Numbered from the stretch's first letter, positions 29,471 through 40,095 are shown. The stretch: 64,000 bases of DNA from an uncultured Trueperaceae bacterium (GCA_963815215.1 CAWFFU010000012.1:90493-154492), one strand, 5' to 3'. A program made the numbers and translations. Notes: generated by a model not told the origin, from the sequence alone.

Positions 29471-30709
29471 TCAGCCTCCCTTCGGCAGCACCATGGCTGC
29501 CTCGAAACCGTGCGGGTCGCGGTTGCGGAGCTCGAGCCGCCCCCCCATCCCCTCCGCCACCTGACGCGCGTAGGCGAGCCCCAGGCCGATCCCGTCCGGG
29601 CCCCGGGCGTACCTTCGGAAGGGGATCCCCAGTCCCTCGAGGACGTTCGCGGGCACGCCCGGACCGTTGTCGGTCACGGCCAGCCGCACCTGGCCGCCGG
29701 CGCCGGCGCCGCAGGCGATGCCGACCGGCCCGGCGCTGTAACGCAGGGCGTTGTCCAACAGGTTGCGCACCGCGCCCTCCAACGCGACGCGCGGGCCGCG
29801 GACGGTGGCCGCATCCGCCCGCAACTGAACGCGGGCGCGGGCGTCGGGCTCGAGCGTCTGCATGGCGGCTCGCGCCAGCCCCTCGAGCGCCACCAACTCG
29901 GTGGGACCGTGCGTCCGCGTCAGCGTCAGCAGGCCGTCCAGCGTGCGCTCCAAGCGCTCGGCGTTGCGCTCGGTCACCGGGAGCAGCTCGTCGTCGTCGA
30001 GCGCCCCGCGCCGCACCGCGTCGGCCGTGGCGCGTAGGTTGGCGACCGGCGTGCGGAGCTCGTGGGAGACGTAGCGCGTGAAGCTGCGCTCGCGATCGAG
30101 CGCGCGTCGCACGTTGTCGGTCATGGCGTTGAAGCTGCGGGCGAGGCGCCCGAACTCGTCCTCCCGGTCGATCTCCATCGGCTCCGGGAAGCGCTCGTGG
30201 GCGATCGCCTCGGTCGCGGCCTCCAGGCGGCCGAGCGGCCGCAGCAGCTGGCGCCGCAGAAGCAGTGCCAGCAGCACACCGAGGAGGACGTCGGCGGCGA
30301 GAGCGGCGGCGCTCGTGCGCAGGTACTCGCGTCGGGCCGCAGTGAGCTCGCTCGTGTCGAGCGCGACCTCCAGACGGGTGGCCGGGGACAACGGGACGGA
30401 GGCGCGCACCCAGCCGGCTTCCCCGGCGGGGAAGCGGCCGCCGCCCTCCAGCACCACGGCGTCGCCGCTCAGGACACGGAAACGTCCCTCCTCTTCGGCC
30501 AGTACCGGAAGACGTTCGGCGATGGGGACGGGCACGCTGCCGCTGAGGTCGAGCGTGCTGCTCACCAGCGCCGCGTAGCGATCGAGGTCGGCGGAGCGGT
30601 CGCGCTGCAGGGCCGAGCGGAAGCTCACGTAGCCGAGCACGCCCTGCACGCTGGCCGCAGCGATGGCGAGGCCGACCAGGCCGATCAGGAGTCGTTCACG
30701 GAACTCCAA
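29471..30709 (-). CDS. HAMP-domain sensor histidine kinase
   Basis: Two TMs; DEFGRLARSFNAM (HAMP), VSHELRTP, NLLDNALRY, DNGPG and GIGLGL. Confidence 0.93.
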   Translation of the reverse strand: MEFRERLLIGLVGLAIAAASVQGVLGYVSFRSALQRDRSADLDRYAALVSSTLDLSGSVPVPIAERLPVLAEEEGRFRVLSGDAVVLEGGGRFPAGEAGWVRASVPLSPATRLEVALDTSELTAARREYLRTSAAALAADVLLGVLLALLLRRQLLRPLGRLEAATEAIAHERFPEPMEIDREDEFGRLARSFNAMTDNVRRALDRERSFTRYVSHELRTPVANLRATADAVRRGALDDDELLPVTERNAERLERTLDGLLTLTRTHGPTELVALEGLARAAMQTLEPDARARVQLRADAATVRGPRVALEGAVRNLLDNALRYSAGPVGIACGAGAGGQVRLAVTDNGPGVPANVLEGLGIPFRRYARGPDGIGLGLAYARQVAEGMGGRLELRNRDPHGFEAAMVLPKGG

Positions 30710-31355
30710 GACGGTACCCTCCCGGCAGCGTGCGGATGGCGTCCGGAGCCAGCTTGCTGCGGAGCCGGAACACGTAGGTCCGGACGACGTAGGTGCCGGA
30801 CGAGGCGTTGGGGAAGTGGCGCTCGGCCAGCTCCTGAACCGGGTAGGCGCGTTCCGGGTGGAGGGCGAGCGTCTCCAACAGCGAGAACTCGCGATCGCTC
30901 AGCTCGACCCCGACACCGCCCCAGCTCACCGAGCGCGCCCGGAAGTCGATCTGCAGCGGGCCCCGTTCCAGGAGCGCCGTTCGCTGCTCGCCGTCGCGAC
31001 GCAGCAGCGCACGGACGCGCGCCAGCAGCTCTTCGGCGTGGAAGGGCTTGGCGAGGTAGTCGTCGCCGCCGAGATCGAGCCCTTCGACGCGATCCTCGAT
31101 CGCGTCGCGGGCGGTGAGGAACAGGATCGGGATGCCCACGTGGGTCTCCCGCAAGGCGCGGGCGAAGCCGAAGCCGGCATCCTCCGACTCCGGGAACATG
31201 ACGTCCAGCACGATCAGATCTGGCTCGTTCTCGGTGAGCGCCAGGTAGGCCTCGTCGATGCTCGGCGCCCACCTCACGTCGTAGCGTTCGGCGCGCAACA
31301 GCGCGCTCACCGCACGGGAGAGGTCCACTTCGTCGTCGACCAGGAGGATGCGCAT
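30696..31355 (-). CDS. OmpR/PhoB-family response regulator
   Basis: MRILLVDDE, VLDVMFP, FLTARD, GGDDYLAKPF, winged helix ending GYRL. Confidence 0.93.
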   Translation of the reverse strand: MRILLVDDEVDLSRAVSALLRAERYDVRWAPSIDEAYLALTENEPDLIVLDVMFPESEDAGFGFARALRETHVGIPILFLTARDAIEDRVEGLDLGGDDYLAKPFHAEELLARVRALLRRDGEQRTALLERGPLQIDFRARSVSWGGVGVELSDREFSLLETLALHPERAYPVQELAERHFPNASSGTYVVRTYVFRLRSKLAPDAIRTLPGGYRLGVP

Positions 31356-31633
31356 GCTCGCGCCTACCCTTCGCCCACGAGCGCCTGCGGTCGGCCGGTC
31401 GCGGCCAGGTCGAACACGGCCAGGCCGCTCCCCTCCATGATGCCACGCACGCATACACGGCTCCTATCCGCCTGCACCACCGGCATCGGCAGCGGATATG
31501 GCGTAGATATACGGGCCGGGTAGGCTGCTTCCCGGAGTTCGGCCGCGCGAGCGAGTCGAACCGGCATGACCCCCCCACCGAGGGTGGATGTGGCCCCCGG
31601 GCCCGCCCAGGCCCGCTGCGGTCCCCGCCTCCA

Positions 31634-31664
31634 GAAGGGCTCGGAACGATGTTCCGGGCCCTTC
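31634..31664. terminator. 14-bp stem-loop in the intergenic region between the response regulator and the PfkB kinase
   Basis: GAAGGGCTCGGAAC-GAT-GTTCCGGGCCCTTC; active strand unclear. Confidence 0.45.
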
Positions 31665-31834
31665 TTCCGTGGTCTCGAAGCACGCCGCAGGGAATCGGTC
31701 AGAACGAGCCCTCCCGACCCGCGCGGCGCAGCGAACGGGATACGTGCCGACCTCGCCCGGTGGCACGTGCCCCACTCGGAAGGCCGTGGACCGCTCCGGC
31801 GGTTGCGTTGAACGGACCGTACCCATCGTGGGAC

Positions 31835-32758
31835 CTACAGGGTCTCCACGACCACCCTGGGAAGCAGGGCCTCGACCTCCCCGCGATCGCAGAGCTCCGT
31901 GCCCGGCGTCATCGCCGTGGCGGTCCCGCACGCCACGCCGAGCCGCAGCACGGTCTCCCAGGGGTCGCCGTCGACCGCGGCGACCAGAGCCCCCGCAAGC
32001 ATGGCGTCGCCCGCGCCTACCGCCGAATCGACCGTCACGCGCGGCGCGTAGGCGTGCAGGGCGCACTCCTCCGTGACCAGCACCGCTCCCTGCGCGCCCA
32101 GGCTGGTGAGCACGGCGGTGATCCCCTGTCGTATCAGCGGCTTGGAGGCGGCTACGGCATCCTCGCGCGTGCCCACCTGTTTGCCGGAGAGGCGCTCCAG
32201 CTCGTAGCGGTTCGGCTTGATGAGGTAGGCGCCGATCTCCACTGCCGCCAGGAGATCGTCACCGTCTGCATCGATGGCAACGCGGATGCCGTCGGCCATG
32301 GCGCGCCGGGCCACGTTCGCGTAGAAGTCGCGGGGGATGCCCGGCAGGCGACTGCCGCAGAGCGCGAGCACGTCGGGGGAGCGGAGGTCGAACAGGCTCT
32401 CGACGAGTTGCTCGACGTCCTCGGGCGAGGCGGACGCGCCCGGTCCGGACACCCGGATCTGGTGGTTGCTGGCGTCCTGCACGATGGCGTTGGTCCGGGT
32501 GGCGCCGGCGATGTGGGTGAACCAGGTGCGCACCGCTTCGGCCTCGAGCCGCTCGAGCAGCTCCTCGCCCGCGCGCCCCCCCACGAAGCCCATGGCCACG
32601 GTGGGGTGATCGAGCCTGGCCGCCACCCTGCTGACGTTGATCCCCTTGCCCCCCGGGGACCGCAGCACCTCGTCCGCCCGCACGGTGTCGTCGAAGACGA
32701 TCTCGGACACCCGGTAGGTGAGGTCCAGCGCGGGATTCACCGTCACCGTGTGGATCAC
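31835..32758 (-). CDS. 1-phosphofructokinase-family hexose kinase (PfkB family)
   Basis: IHTVTVNPALD, PGGKGINV, IKPNRYEL and DSAVGAGDA motifs. Confidence 0.9.
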   Translation of the reverse strand: MIHTVTVNPALDLTYRVSEIVFDDTVRADEVLRSPGGKGINVSRVAARLDHPTVAMGFVGGRAGEELLERLEAEAVRTWFTHIAGATRTNAIVQDASNHQIRVSGPGASASPEDVEQLVESLFDLRSPDVLALCGSRLPGIPRDFYANVARRAMADGIRVAIDADGDDLLAAVEIGAYLIKPNRYELERLSGKQVGTREDAVAASKPLIRQGITAVLTSLGAQGAVLVTEECALHAYAPRVTVDSAVGAGDAMLAGALVAAVDGDPWETVLRLGVACGTATAMTPGTELCDRGEVEALLPRVVVETL

Positions 32759-32896
32759 GGGTCGAGCATAGCAGCGCCCCGACGGCGTTCCCAGGGACGT
32801 TCGCCCACTCGGACGCAGGCCGGGGCCGTCGCCGACGGGGCTACCGGGGCCGCGTAGCGTCGATGGGCCCGCCCGTCGCGCGACCCCGATCCGGCG

Positions 32897-33787
32897 TCAG
32901 CCGCCGCGCATCACCCGGATGCCGGGCGCACGCGAGACGAGCTGCTCGCCGTCGTCGGCGTGGCGCCAACCCAGGGCCATGGACGCGCTGTTGAAGCCGA
33001 AGGCGAGACGGCCGTCGGCCGCGACCAGGATGATGCCGCCCTCGCCGCCGAAGCGGACGAGCGCGTCGAGCTCCTGTCGCAGCGCCCGTTCGACATCGTC
33101 GCCGGCCGTGATCCGGTCCGCCAGCGACTTCGCCGTGACGCCGCGGATGAACGCTTCGCCCGTGCCGGTGCAGGACACCGCGACGGTCCCGTTGGCATAG
33201 GTCCCGGCGCCGATCAATGGGGTGTCGCCGATGCGCCCGGACCACTGGCCGAGCATGCCGCCGGTGCTCGTCACCGCCGCCAGCCGGCCGTCGTCGTCGA
33301 GAGCTACGGCCCCGACCGTGCCGCTCCCGCTGGGAGGAGCGTGGCGCGCGCGCCAGGTCTCCCAACGGGCGCGAGTGCGGGGGGTGAGCAAGCGCTCGTT
33401 GGCTACCGGGTCGCGCACCAGCGCCTCGGCGCCATGGGCCGCCAGCAGCACGTGCGGCGTCTCGGTGCGGACGCGATCGGCGAGTCGGGCGACGAACGGC
33501 GTGTTGCGCACCAGGGCGACCGCGCCGCTGCTGCCGTCGGACAGCATCACGGCAGCGTCCAGCTCCACCGTGCCCTCGCGGGTCGGGGCGCCGCCGACGC
33601 CGGCATTGAAGGCGTACTCATTCCCCTCCATCGCGCTCACCGCGTCCAGGGCGGCGTCCAGCGCGCTGCCGCCGCCCCCGAGGCGGGCATGACCCGCGTC
33701 GCAGGCGGATGAGAGGCCGGTGACGGTGTCGTTCTCGACGTCGGCGGCGATGGCGCCGGCGCCGCCGTGCAGCAGGAGGATGGCCAT
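32897..33787 (-). CDS. iaaA: Isoaspartyl peptidase / plant-type L-asparaginase (Ntn hydrolase)
   Basis: LHGGAG, FNAG, ELDAAVM, GTVGAVA (catalytic Thr), TSTGG..RIGDTP..GAG. Confidence 0.88.
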   Translation of the reverse strand: MAILLLHGGAGAIAADVENDTVTGLSSACDAGHARLGGGGSALDAALDAVSAMEGNEYAFNAGVGGAPTREGTVELDAAVMLSDGSSGAVALVRNTPFVARLADRVRTETPHVLLAAHGAEALVRDPVANERLLTPRTRARWETWRARHAPPSGSGTVGAVALDDDGRLAAVTSTGGMLGQWSGRIGDTPLIGAGTYANGTVAVSCTGTGEAFIRGVTAKSLADRITAGDDVERALRQELDALVRFGGEGGIILVAADGRLAFGFNSASMALGWRHADDGEQLVSRAPGIRVMRGG

Positions 33788-33861
33788 GCACTACGTTACA
33801 ACCGCGTTCCGGCTACCGTGGCCTCTGCGGTCGCGGGCCCGGCGACGGTAGACTGGGCGCC

Positions 33862-34353
33862 ATGCGGCTGCTGCTGTTCTACCTGGTGCTGGTCATCGCG
33901 CAAGGTTTCCTGGCGGCCCTGATGACCCCGATCCCCACCCCGGACCTGTTCATGATCGCCGTGCTGACGCTCCTGTGGCGCATCCAACCGTGGCAGCTGG
34001 TGCTGCTGGCGTACGGCGTCGGGCTTCTGCAGGACGTGATGGGTGCCGGCGTGCTCGGGATCCACGCCTTCGCGCTGGCAGGCGCGGCACTCGCCGCCAG
34101 CATCGTGCGCGCGCAGCTCACGCAGTCCGGACCGTTCGAGCGCAGCCTGGTGATCCTGTCGGCGGAGGCGGGCAAGTGGTTGGTGCTTGCGCCGCTGCTG
34201 GTCTGGCTCTCGGGCTCCGCTGAGTCGCTGGTGCGCATGGCGGCCGTGGCGTCGGTCGAGACGGTGCTGACGGTGGCCGCAGGGCTGCTGCTGCTTCCCT
34301 GGGGCTCGGCGCTCTTGCAGCGCAGTCGGTTGCTCCGCAAGGAACTGCTGTGA
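33862..34353 (+). CDS. mreD: Rod shape-determining protein MreD
   Basis: Small polytopic protein with PDL and GLLQD...G motifs; directly upstream of the PBP2 gene. Confidence 0.8.
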   Translation: MRLLLFYLVLVIAQGFLAALMTPIPTPDLFMIAVLTLLWRIQPWQLVLLAYGVGLLQDVMGAGVLGIHAFALAGAALAASIVRAQLTQSGPFERSLVILSAEAGKWLVLAPLLVWLSGSAESLVRMAAVASVETVLTVAAGLLLLPWGSALLQRSRLLRKELL

Positions 34354-36155
34354 ATGGCCGCAGCCGCCTGATCCTGGCGGTCATCCTCACGGTGCTGGTG
34401 ATCTTCACCGCGCGGTTGATGTACCTTCAACTCGCCATGGCCGAGGAGTTCACGGCGCGCAGCGAGCAGAACGCCACCCAGCAGAAGCCCATCACGCCGC
34501 TCCGGGGACGCATCCTGGCCGCCGACGGAACGGTGCTGGCCGACGACCGCATCGCCTACGATCTGATGTACCGGGGCGGGCCGATCCCACAGTGGCCCCG
34601 CTTGCGGCGCCTGCTGGGCGTCTCGGGGGAACCCAAGCAACCCGATCCCACCGACGCGCAACAGGTGAGGGACGGCGTCGCCCTGGCGTGGAACATCCCC
34701 GACCGGCTGGTGCCTGCCATCGAGGAACGGGTGGCCGGCCACCCCAACCTCTACCTGCGGCAGCGCATCGAACGCACCTACCCCACCAACCTTGCCGCCC
34801 AGACGGTGGGGTACACCACCCAGGCCGATCCCAAGCGCTTCCCGGGCTACACCGTTGACGATCTGGTCGGTGTGATGGGCATCGAGAAGAGTTACGAGAA
34901 GGCGCTGCACGGCACCGCCGGAGCGCGCCTCATCGAGGTCGACAACCTCGGCAACGTGGTGCGCTCCACCCTGCTGTGGCCGGCGCGTCCGGGCGAGGAC
35001 GTGACCCTGACGCTGGACCCCAAGCTGCAGCGACTCGCCGAGGACACCTTGAAGTCGGCCCTCAGCTACGTCAACAAGGATCGCGACCGCGTCGGGCTTC
35101 CGCACGCCAAGGAGGTCCACGGCGCGATCGTGGCGGTCGATCCACGCAACGGCGACATCCTGGCCCTGGCGAGTGCGCCGACCTTCGACGAGAACGTGTT
35201 CACCCACCTCCCGGTCGATGCCAACGCCGTCAACAGCATCCTCCAGGACGCCACCAACCGGCCCCTGGAGAACCGGGCTATCCAGGCGTACCCGCCGGCC
35301 TCGACGTTCAAGATCATCACCGCCTACACCATGCTGGAGGACCGCTTCATCAACCCCGGCACCACCTTCGATTGCGGGGCCGACATCCGCTACGGCGGCG
35401 TCACCTTCCACAACTGGGCGAACTACGACAAGGGGTTGTACAACGTCGCGCAAGGGATCGCCGACAGTTGCAACACGTTCTTCTGGAACGCTGCGATCAC
35501 CACCCCGAACTTCGCGGCGGGATGGAACGGGTTCATGCAGGACGAGGTCGACAACGCCCGACGTCTCGGCTACGGCAAGCCGGTAGGTGTCGGCCTGCCC
35601 AGCGAGGAGGCGGGTCGCGTCCCCGACCTGCAATGGGTGCGTTCGCAACCGCAGTACAAGCACGGCTGGCTCCCCGGCTTCACCCTCAACACCATCATCG
35701 GGCAGGGTGACACGCTGGCCACGCCGGTGCAGCTCGCCCAGCTCATCAGCACCGTCGCCATGCACGGAGCTGAGGCGAAACCGCACCTGGTGGCCAAGGT
35801 GGGTGACACGGTGGTGCCGCCCGACATCCGCCAGATCGAGGGCTCGTCCTGGGACAGCCTGATCGGGGGCATGCGACTTGCGTTCACCGACTTCCCGGAG
35901 AAGTGGTTCCTGGGCCCGAGCGTGTTCCCCGATAACGTGAGCGTGGCGGGGAAGACGGGAACGGCACAGACCACGCGAGGCAACAATTGGACGCACGCCT
36001 GGTTCATGGGATTCAGTCCCGTCAAGGACCCGAAGATCGCCATCGTGGTATTCCTCGAATACGGCGGCGCCAGTTCCTACGTGTCGGTCCCTGTCGCGCG
36101 GGACTTCCTGGCGGGGTACTGGAAGCTGCACGGCGTGGAGGTGCACATCCCCTGA
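34350..36155 (+). CDS. mrdA: Penicillin-binding protein 2
   Basis: RGRILA; PASTFK (SxxK), SCN (SxN) and KTGTAQ (KTG) motifs. Confidence 0.92.
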   Translation: MNGRSRLILAVILTVLVIFTARLMYLQLAMAEEFTARSEQNATQQKPITPLRGRILAADGTVLADDRIAYDLMYRGGPIPQWPRLRRLLGVSGEPKQPDPTDAQQVRDGVALAWNIPDRLVPAIEERVAGHPNLYLRQRIERTYPTNLAAQTVGYTTQADPKRFPGYTVDDLVGVMGIEKSYEKALHGTAGARLIEVDNLGNVVRSTLLWPARPGEDVTLTLDPKLQRLAEDTLKSALSYVNKDRDRVGLPHAKEVHGAIVAVDPRNGDILALASAPTFDENVFTHLPVDANAVNSILQDATNRPLENRAIQAYPPASTFKIITAYTMLEDRFINPGTTFDCGADIRYGGVTFHNWANYDKGLYNVAQGIADSCNTFFWNAAITTPNFAAGWNGFMQDEVDNARRLGYGKPVGVGLPSEEAGRVPDLQWVRSQPQYKHGWLPGFTLNTIIGQGDTLATPVQLAQLISTVAMHGAEAKPHLVAKVGDTVVPPDIRQIEGSSWDSLIGGMRLAFTDFPEKWFLGPSVFPDNVSVAGKTGTAQTTRGNNWTHAWFMGFSPVKDPKIAIVVFLEYGGASSYVSVPVARDFLAGYWKLHGVEVHIP

Positions 36156-36715
36156 TGAAAGCGCGAGGAATCCGGGGCGGGATCTTGCTCAGCCTCGAGG
36201 AGACGGATACCCAGGAGGCGCTCGACGCCACGCTCGCTTCCCACGCCGAGTTGTTGCAGGGGAAAGTGGCGCTGGAGGTCGCGGGGAAGGTGCCCTTCGA
36301 CCTCGTCGAACACACCGTGGAGACGGTGCGCGAGGCCGGTGGCAGCGTCACCGACGTTCGCCCGCCCACGACCGTGATGCAGGCGCGTGGTGAGACGGTC
36401 ATCGTCGCCCGCACGGTCCGGAGCGGGGGTCGCATCGAGTCGACCGGCTCGGTGGTGGTCCTGGGCGACGTCAACGCCGGGGCCGAGATCATCGCCAACG
36501 ACGACATCATCGTGGTCGGCACGCTGCGGGGGCTCGCCCACGCCGGCGCCGGCGGGAACGACAAGGCCGTGGTCTGGGCCGAGCGCATCCGGAGCCCGCA
36601 GCTGCGCATCGGCAGCGCCGTGGCGCAGGCCGGGGAGGACACGCAGGCCGGCGACGGCCCCGAGGTGGCTCACCTGAAGGACGGCGTGATCCTGCTGCGG
36701 CCCTGGAACAGCTAG
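36155..36715 (+). CDS. minC: Septum site-determining protein MinC
   Basis: TVRSGG..GSVVVLGDVNAGAEIIA..IIVVGTLRGLAHAG beta-helix; TGATG overlap with mrdA. Confidence 0.9.
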   Translation: MKARGIRGGILLSLEETDTQEALDATLASHAELLQGKVALEVAGKVPFDLVEHTVETVREAGGSVTDVRPPTTVMQARGETVIVARTVRSGGRIESTGSVVVLGDVNAGAEIIANDDIIVVGTLRGLAHAGAGGNDKAVVWAERIRSPQLRIGSAVAQAGEDTQAGDGPEVAHLKDGVILLRPWNS

Positions 36716-36776
36716 CGGGCCCCCCGCGGGGGCGTATCGATCCGCCCCCGGAGCGGGGCATGAGGGAGCATCAACC

Positions 36777-37952
36777 GTGCGTGACGTCGTGATCACCACC
36801 GCTATCCGGACCCCGGTGGGCCGCGCCCACAAAGGCCTTCTCAAGGACACCCGGCCCGACGATCTCGCCGGCCTGGTGCTGGCCGAGGCGCTGAAGCGCA
36901 CGCCCGGGCTGGCACCCGAGCGGATCGACGATGTACTGCTCGGCAACGCCCATCCCGAAGGGGAGGCGGGCTACAACATGGCGCGCATCGCCGCCCAGAT
37001 CGCCAACCTTCCCGACAGCGTGGCCGGGGCCACCATCAACCGCTTCTGCGCCAGCGGGCTACAGGTGATCGTGCAGGGAGTGCACTCGGTCGCCAGCGGC
37101 ATGAACGACGTGGTCTTCGCCGGCGGCAGCGATTGCACCAGTCGCGTGCCGATCGGCGGTCGTGACGTGGCCGTCAACCGCGCCCTGATCGGGCGCAAGC
37201 CGGGTGCGTATCACAGCATGGGGCAGACGGCCGAGGAGGTCGCCCGCCGTTTCGGGATCACGCGCGAGGAGCAGGACCGCTTCGCGCTGAGCAGCCACCG
37301 CAAGGCGATCGCCGCCCGCAAGGCCGGCAAGTTCGACGGCCACGTCATCCCCGTTCCCACGCGGGTTCAGGACCCGGAGGGCGCCTGGCACGAGGTCGTT
37401 CTCGAGCACGACGAGGGCCCGCGGGAGGGCACCAGCCTCGAGACGCTGGCCGGCCTGCGCACTGTGTTCGCCGACGACGAGGCGGCTACCGTCACGGCCG
37501 GGAACTCCAGCCCGCTCAACGACGGAGCGGCGATGACCGTCGTCATGTCCGCCGAGGAGGCCCGCGCGCTCGGCGTCGAGCCGCTGGCGGTCTTCGTTCA
37601 GGCGGCCGTGGCGGGGGTGCCGCCGGAGATCATGGGCATCGGGCCGGTGCCCGCCATCGGCAAGCTGCTGGACAAGACCGGGATGACACTGGACGACGTC
37701 GATCTCGTCGAGATCAACGAAGCTTTCGCCAGCCAGTGCCGCTACAGCCAGCTCGAGCTCGGTATCCCCGACGAGAAGCTCAACGTCAACGGCGGCGCCA
37801 TCGCCATCGGCCACCCGCTGGGGGCCACCGGCAGTCGCATCGCCGCCGACCTGTTCGCCGAGATGCAACGGACCGGCAAGGAGTTCGGCATCATCTCGAT
37901 GTGCGTCGGGGGCGGTCAGGGGATGGCGGCGCTGTTCAAGCTGCCGGGCTGA
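36777..37952 (+). CDS. Acetyl-CoA C-acyltransferase (thiolase)
   Basis: [22 protein letters not shown] and CVGGGQG motifs. Confidence 0.95.
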   Translation: MRDVVITTAIRTPVGRAHKGLLKDTRPDDLAGLVLAEALKRTPGLAPERIDDVLLGNAHPEGEAGYNMARIAAQIANLPDSVAGATINRFCASGLQVIVQGVHSVASGMNDVVFAGGSDCTSRVPIGGRDVAVNRALIGRKPGAYHSMGQTAEEVARRFGITREEQDRFALSSHRKAIAARKAGKFDGHVIPVPTRVQDPEGAWHEVVLEHDEGPREGTSLETLAGLRTVFADDEAATVTAGNSSPLNDGAAMTVVMSAEEARALGVEPLAVFVQAAVAGVPPEIMGIGPVPAIGKLLDKTGMTLDDVDLVEINEAFASQCRYSQLELGIPDEKLNVNGGAIAIGHPLGATGSRIAADLFAEMQRTGKEFGIISMCVGGGQGMAALFKLPG

Positions 37953-38019
37953 GCGTCGTCCCGCCGGCGCCGGGCGCCTGCCGCCGGCCCGGTGCGGGCG
38001 GCGCCGAGCGGTCTCGGCG

Positions 38020-39012
38020 TCAGCCGCCGATGGCCACCATGGTGCGCTGACGCTCCACCGGCACGGTGATCCCGGAGGCCACTTTGCGGTGGGCGGCTTC
38101 GAGGAAGCGCTCGATCACGGCGGCGAGCGGGTCGGGGGCGGCCAGGGCGCTCCGGAGCTCGAGCTCGCGATCGGTCAGCAGGCAGGGTCGGAGCATGCCG
38201 TCGGAGGTGACGCGCATGCGACTGCAATGGCTGCAGAACGGCTCCGAGACGGGGTTGATGAAGCCGATGGCGCCGGGCCAGCCGGGCACCCGGAACAGCC
38301 TCGCGGGGGCACTGGGATCGGTCTCGACCGCCTCCAACGCGCCGAAGGCGGACTCGACCCGGGCGCGGATGTCGGCACCCGCCATGAACTGCTCCTGGTA
38401 GGACGAGGCGCTGGCGTTGTTCAGATGCATGTACTCGATGAAGCGCACGTGGAAGGGCCGCGTGGCCGTGAGGCGTGCCAGCGGAACGACCTCGTCGTCG
38501 TTGAGCCCGCGCATCACCACGGTGTTGAGCTTCACCGGCGTCATGCCGGCTTCCGCTGCCGCCTCGATGCCGCGCCACACCCGCCTGGCGTCGCCTCCCT
38601 GGGTGATGGCACGGAAGACGTCGGGGTCGAGAGCGTCGAGCGAGATGTTGAGCCGGTCGAGGCCCGCTTCGAGCAGTGCCGGCAGACGCTGCTCGAGCGC
38701 GCTGGCATTGGTGGTGACGGCCACGTCCGGGATGCCGAGGTCCTGCTTGGCGATGGCGATCATGGCGGGCAGCTCCTTGCGGAGCAACGGCTCGCCTCCG
38801 GTGAACCGCACCGAACTCATGCCGAGCCCGGCCGCGGCCCGCAGGACCACCTCGACCTCGGCCACGCCCAGCGTGCCGGGCGGTTCGTGCCCGCCCGCGC
38901 CGAGCGGGTCGCAGTAGCGGCATCGGAAGTTGCAGCGCGGCGTGACGCTCAGGCGCAGATCGCGAACGACCCGACCGAAGCGGTCGACGAGGGGGTTCGC
39001 CCCGGACAGCAT
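38020..39012 (-). CDS. moaA: GTP 3',8-cyclase MoaA
   Basis: LRLSVTPRCNFRCRYC, TGGEPLLR, FCSHCSRMRVT...C, and C-terminal IGG. Confidence 0.93.
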   Translation of the reverse strand: MLSGANPLVDRFGRVVRDLRLSVTPRCNFRCRYCDPLGAGGHEPPGTLGVAEVEVVLRAAAGLGMSSVRFTGGEPLLRKELPAMIAIAKQDLGIPDVAVTTNASALEQRLPALLEAGLDRLNISLDALDPDVFRAITQGGDARRVWRGIEAAAEAGMTPVKLNTVVMRGLNDDEVVPLARLTATRPFHVRFIEYMHLNNASASSYQEQFMAGADIRARVESAFGALEAVETDPSAPARLFRVPGWPGAIGFINPVSEPFCSHCSRMRVTSDGMLRPCLLTDRELELRSALAAPDPLAAVIERFLEAAHRKVASGITVPVERQRTMVAIGG

Positions 39013-39248
39013 GGAGCCACAATAGCGTACGCTCGGGCGGCAGCGTGTCCCTGTTCCGTCACGTCGACCCGCCCCTTCCGCACCGGTCGCGGCGCCCATC
39101 GGCTCGACCCCGGCCGGGAACGTCGTGCGGCGGTCGCGTGAAGGGTGGCTTCAAGGCCTTCTCACGATCCTCGTGGGGCGCATCCCCTACCATGGCGACG
39201 CGCTGGCACGGCCCCGGCACCTTCTTTGCGCGAGAGAGAGGTACGACG

Positions 39249-39794
39249 ATGTTCGACAACGTACGCACCGAGAACATCGAAGGCGGCGCTGCCCGGCGAG
39301 ACGGCGCCCGGCCTCGCCCGGCCTCGGTCGGGGCGCAGGCGACGTCGACCGGCACGGCCGGCCCGGGTCGCGCGGCCCTGGCCCCCGGCCGGAGGACGCG
39401 GCCGGCGCTGCTCGCGCTGGCCCTCGCCGCGCTGCTGAGTGGGTGCACGGTCGCCGTCCGCGACAGCGGACCGCGGCCCAGCACCACCGTGCGGAGCGGG
39501 GGCGTGATCGTCTGGGCCCAGGTGGGCTTGCAGTTCTCGTCCCCGGGGTTGGTGGTGGTCGAGCGCCACGCCGGCCCTCACCACTTCGACACCGTGTTCG
39601 AGTCCGAGTCGTCGCTTCAAGGCGTCTACGGCGACGTCGACGGTCGGATGCGCGCCCAGGGGTGGCGCCGGGACCGTTACGAGGAGCGCCAGCATCGGGT
39701 CACCGCGGTCTACGTTCGGAGCGGTCGGGAGGCCCACGTGACCGTCGTCCAGGAGGGTCGTAGCGGGCGCTACCGGCTCACCATCGACGACTGA
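39249..39794 (+). CDS. Hypothetical lipoprotein
   Basis: GAGG RBS; hydrophobic stretch with lipobox LLSG-C; start uncertain. Confidence 0.55.
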   Translation: MFDNVRTENIEGGAARRDGARPRPASVGAQATSTGTAGPGRAALAPGRRTRPALLALALAALLSGCTVAVRDSGPRPSTTVRSGGVIVWAQVGLQFSSPGLVVVERHAGPHHFDTVFESESSLQGVYGDVDGRMRAQGWRRDRYEERQHRVTAVYVRSGREAHVTVVQEGRSGRYRLTIDD

Positions 39795-39842
39795 GGGGCC
39801 GTCGCGAACGTCCTCGCCCCCGCCCGGTGAGCTCGGGTTCGC

Positions 39843-40082
39843 TCAGGGAAGCGGCGGCGGGCCCGGGCGCCATCCGCCCTCGGGTCCGCCTTCCCAGTGG
39901 GCGTCGCGAGCGGGTCGGCGTCGCACGGCTTCGAGCACCGCCTCGAACGGCACTCGCGAGGCGAAACGGGTCTTGAGGTACCACACCTCCAGGTCGCGGC
40001 GCGACGCGCCGCCCAGCCGGGCGGTGACCTCACCGGCGCGGTTCACCGCGAGATCGAACAGGGCGTCGCGCGAGGAGGCCAT
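39843..40082 (-). CDS. Small hypothetical protein downstream of tyrA
   Basis: 79-aa ORF with protein-like composition (WYLKTRFASRVP, HWEGG); 13 nt after the tyrA stop. Confidence 0.6.
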   Translation of the reverse strand: MASSRDALFDLAVNRAGEVTARLGGASRRDLEVWYLKTRFASRVPFEAVLEAVRRRPARDAHWEGGPEGGWRPGPPPLP

Positions 40083-40095
40083 GGGGCGCGCCCCG

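Noticed and set aside
31364..31567. 67-aa minus-strand ORF upstream of the response regulator
   Set aside because: No recognisable motif; it probably spans the promoter region. Cannot be supported without homology data.
31570..31834. ncRNA in the hairpin-rich intergenic region
   Set aside because: Hairpins are present but there is no recognisable family signature or promoter; reported only as a stem-loop.
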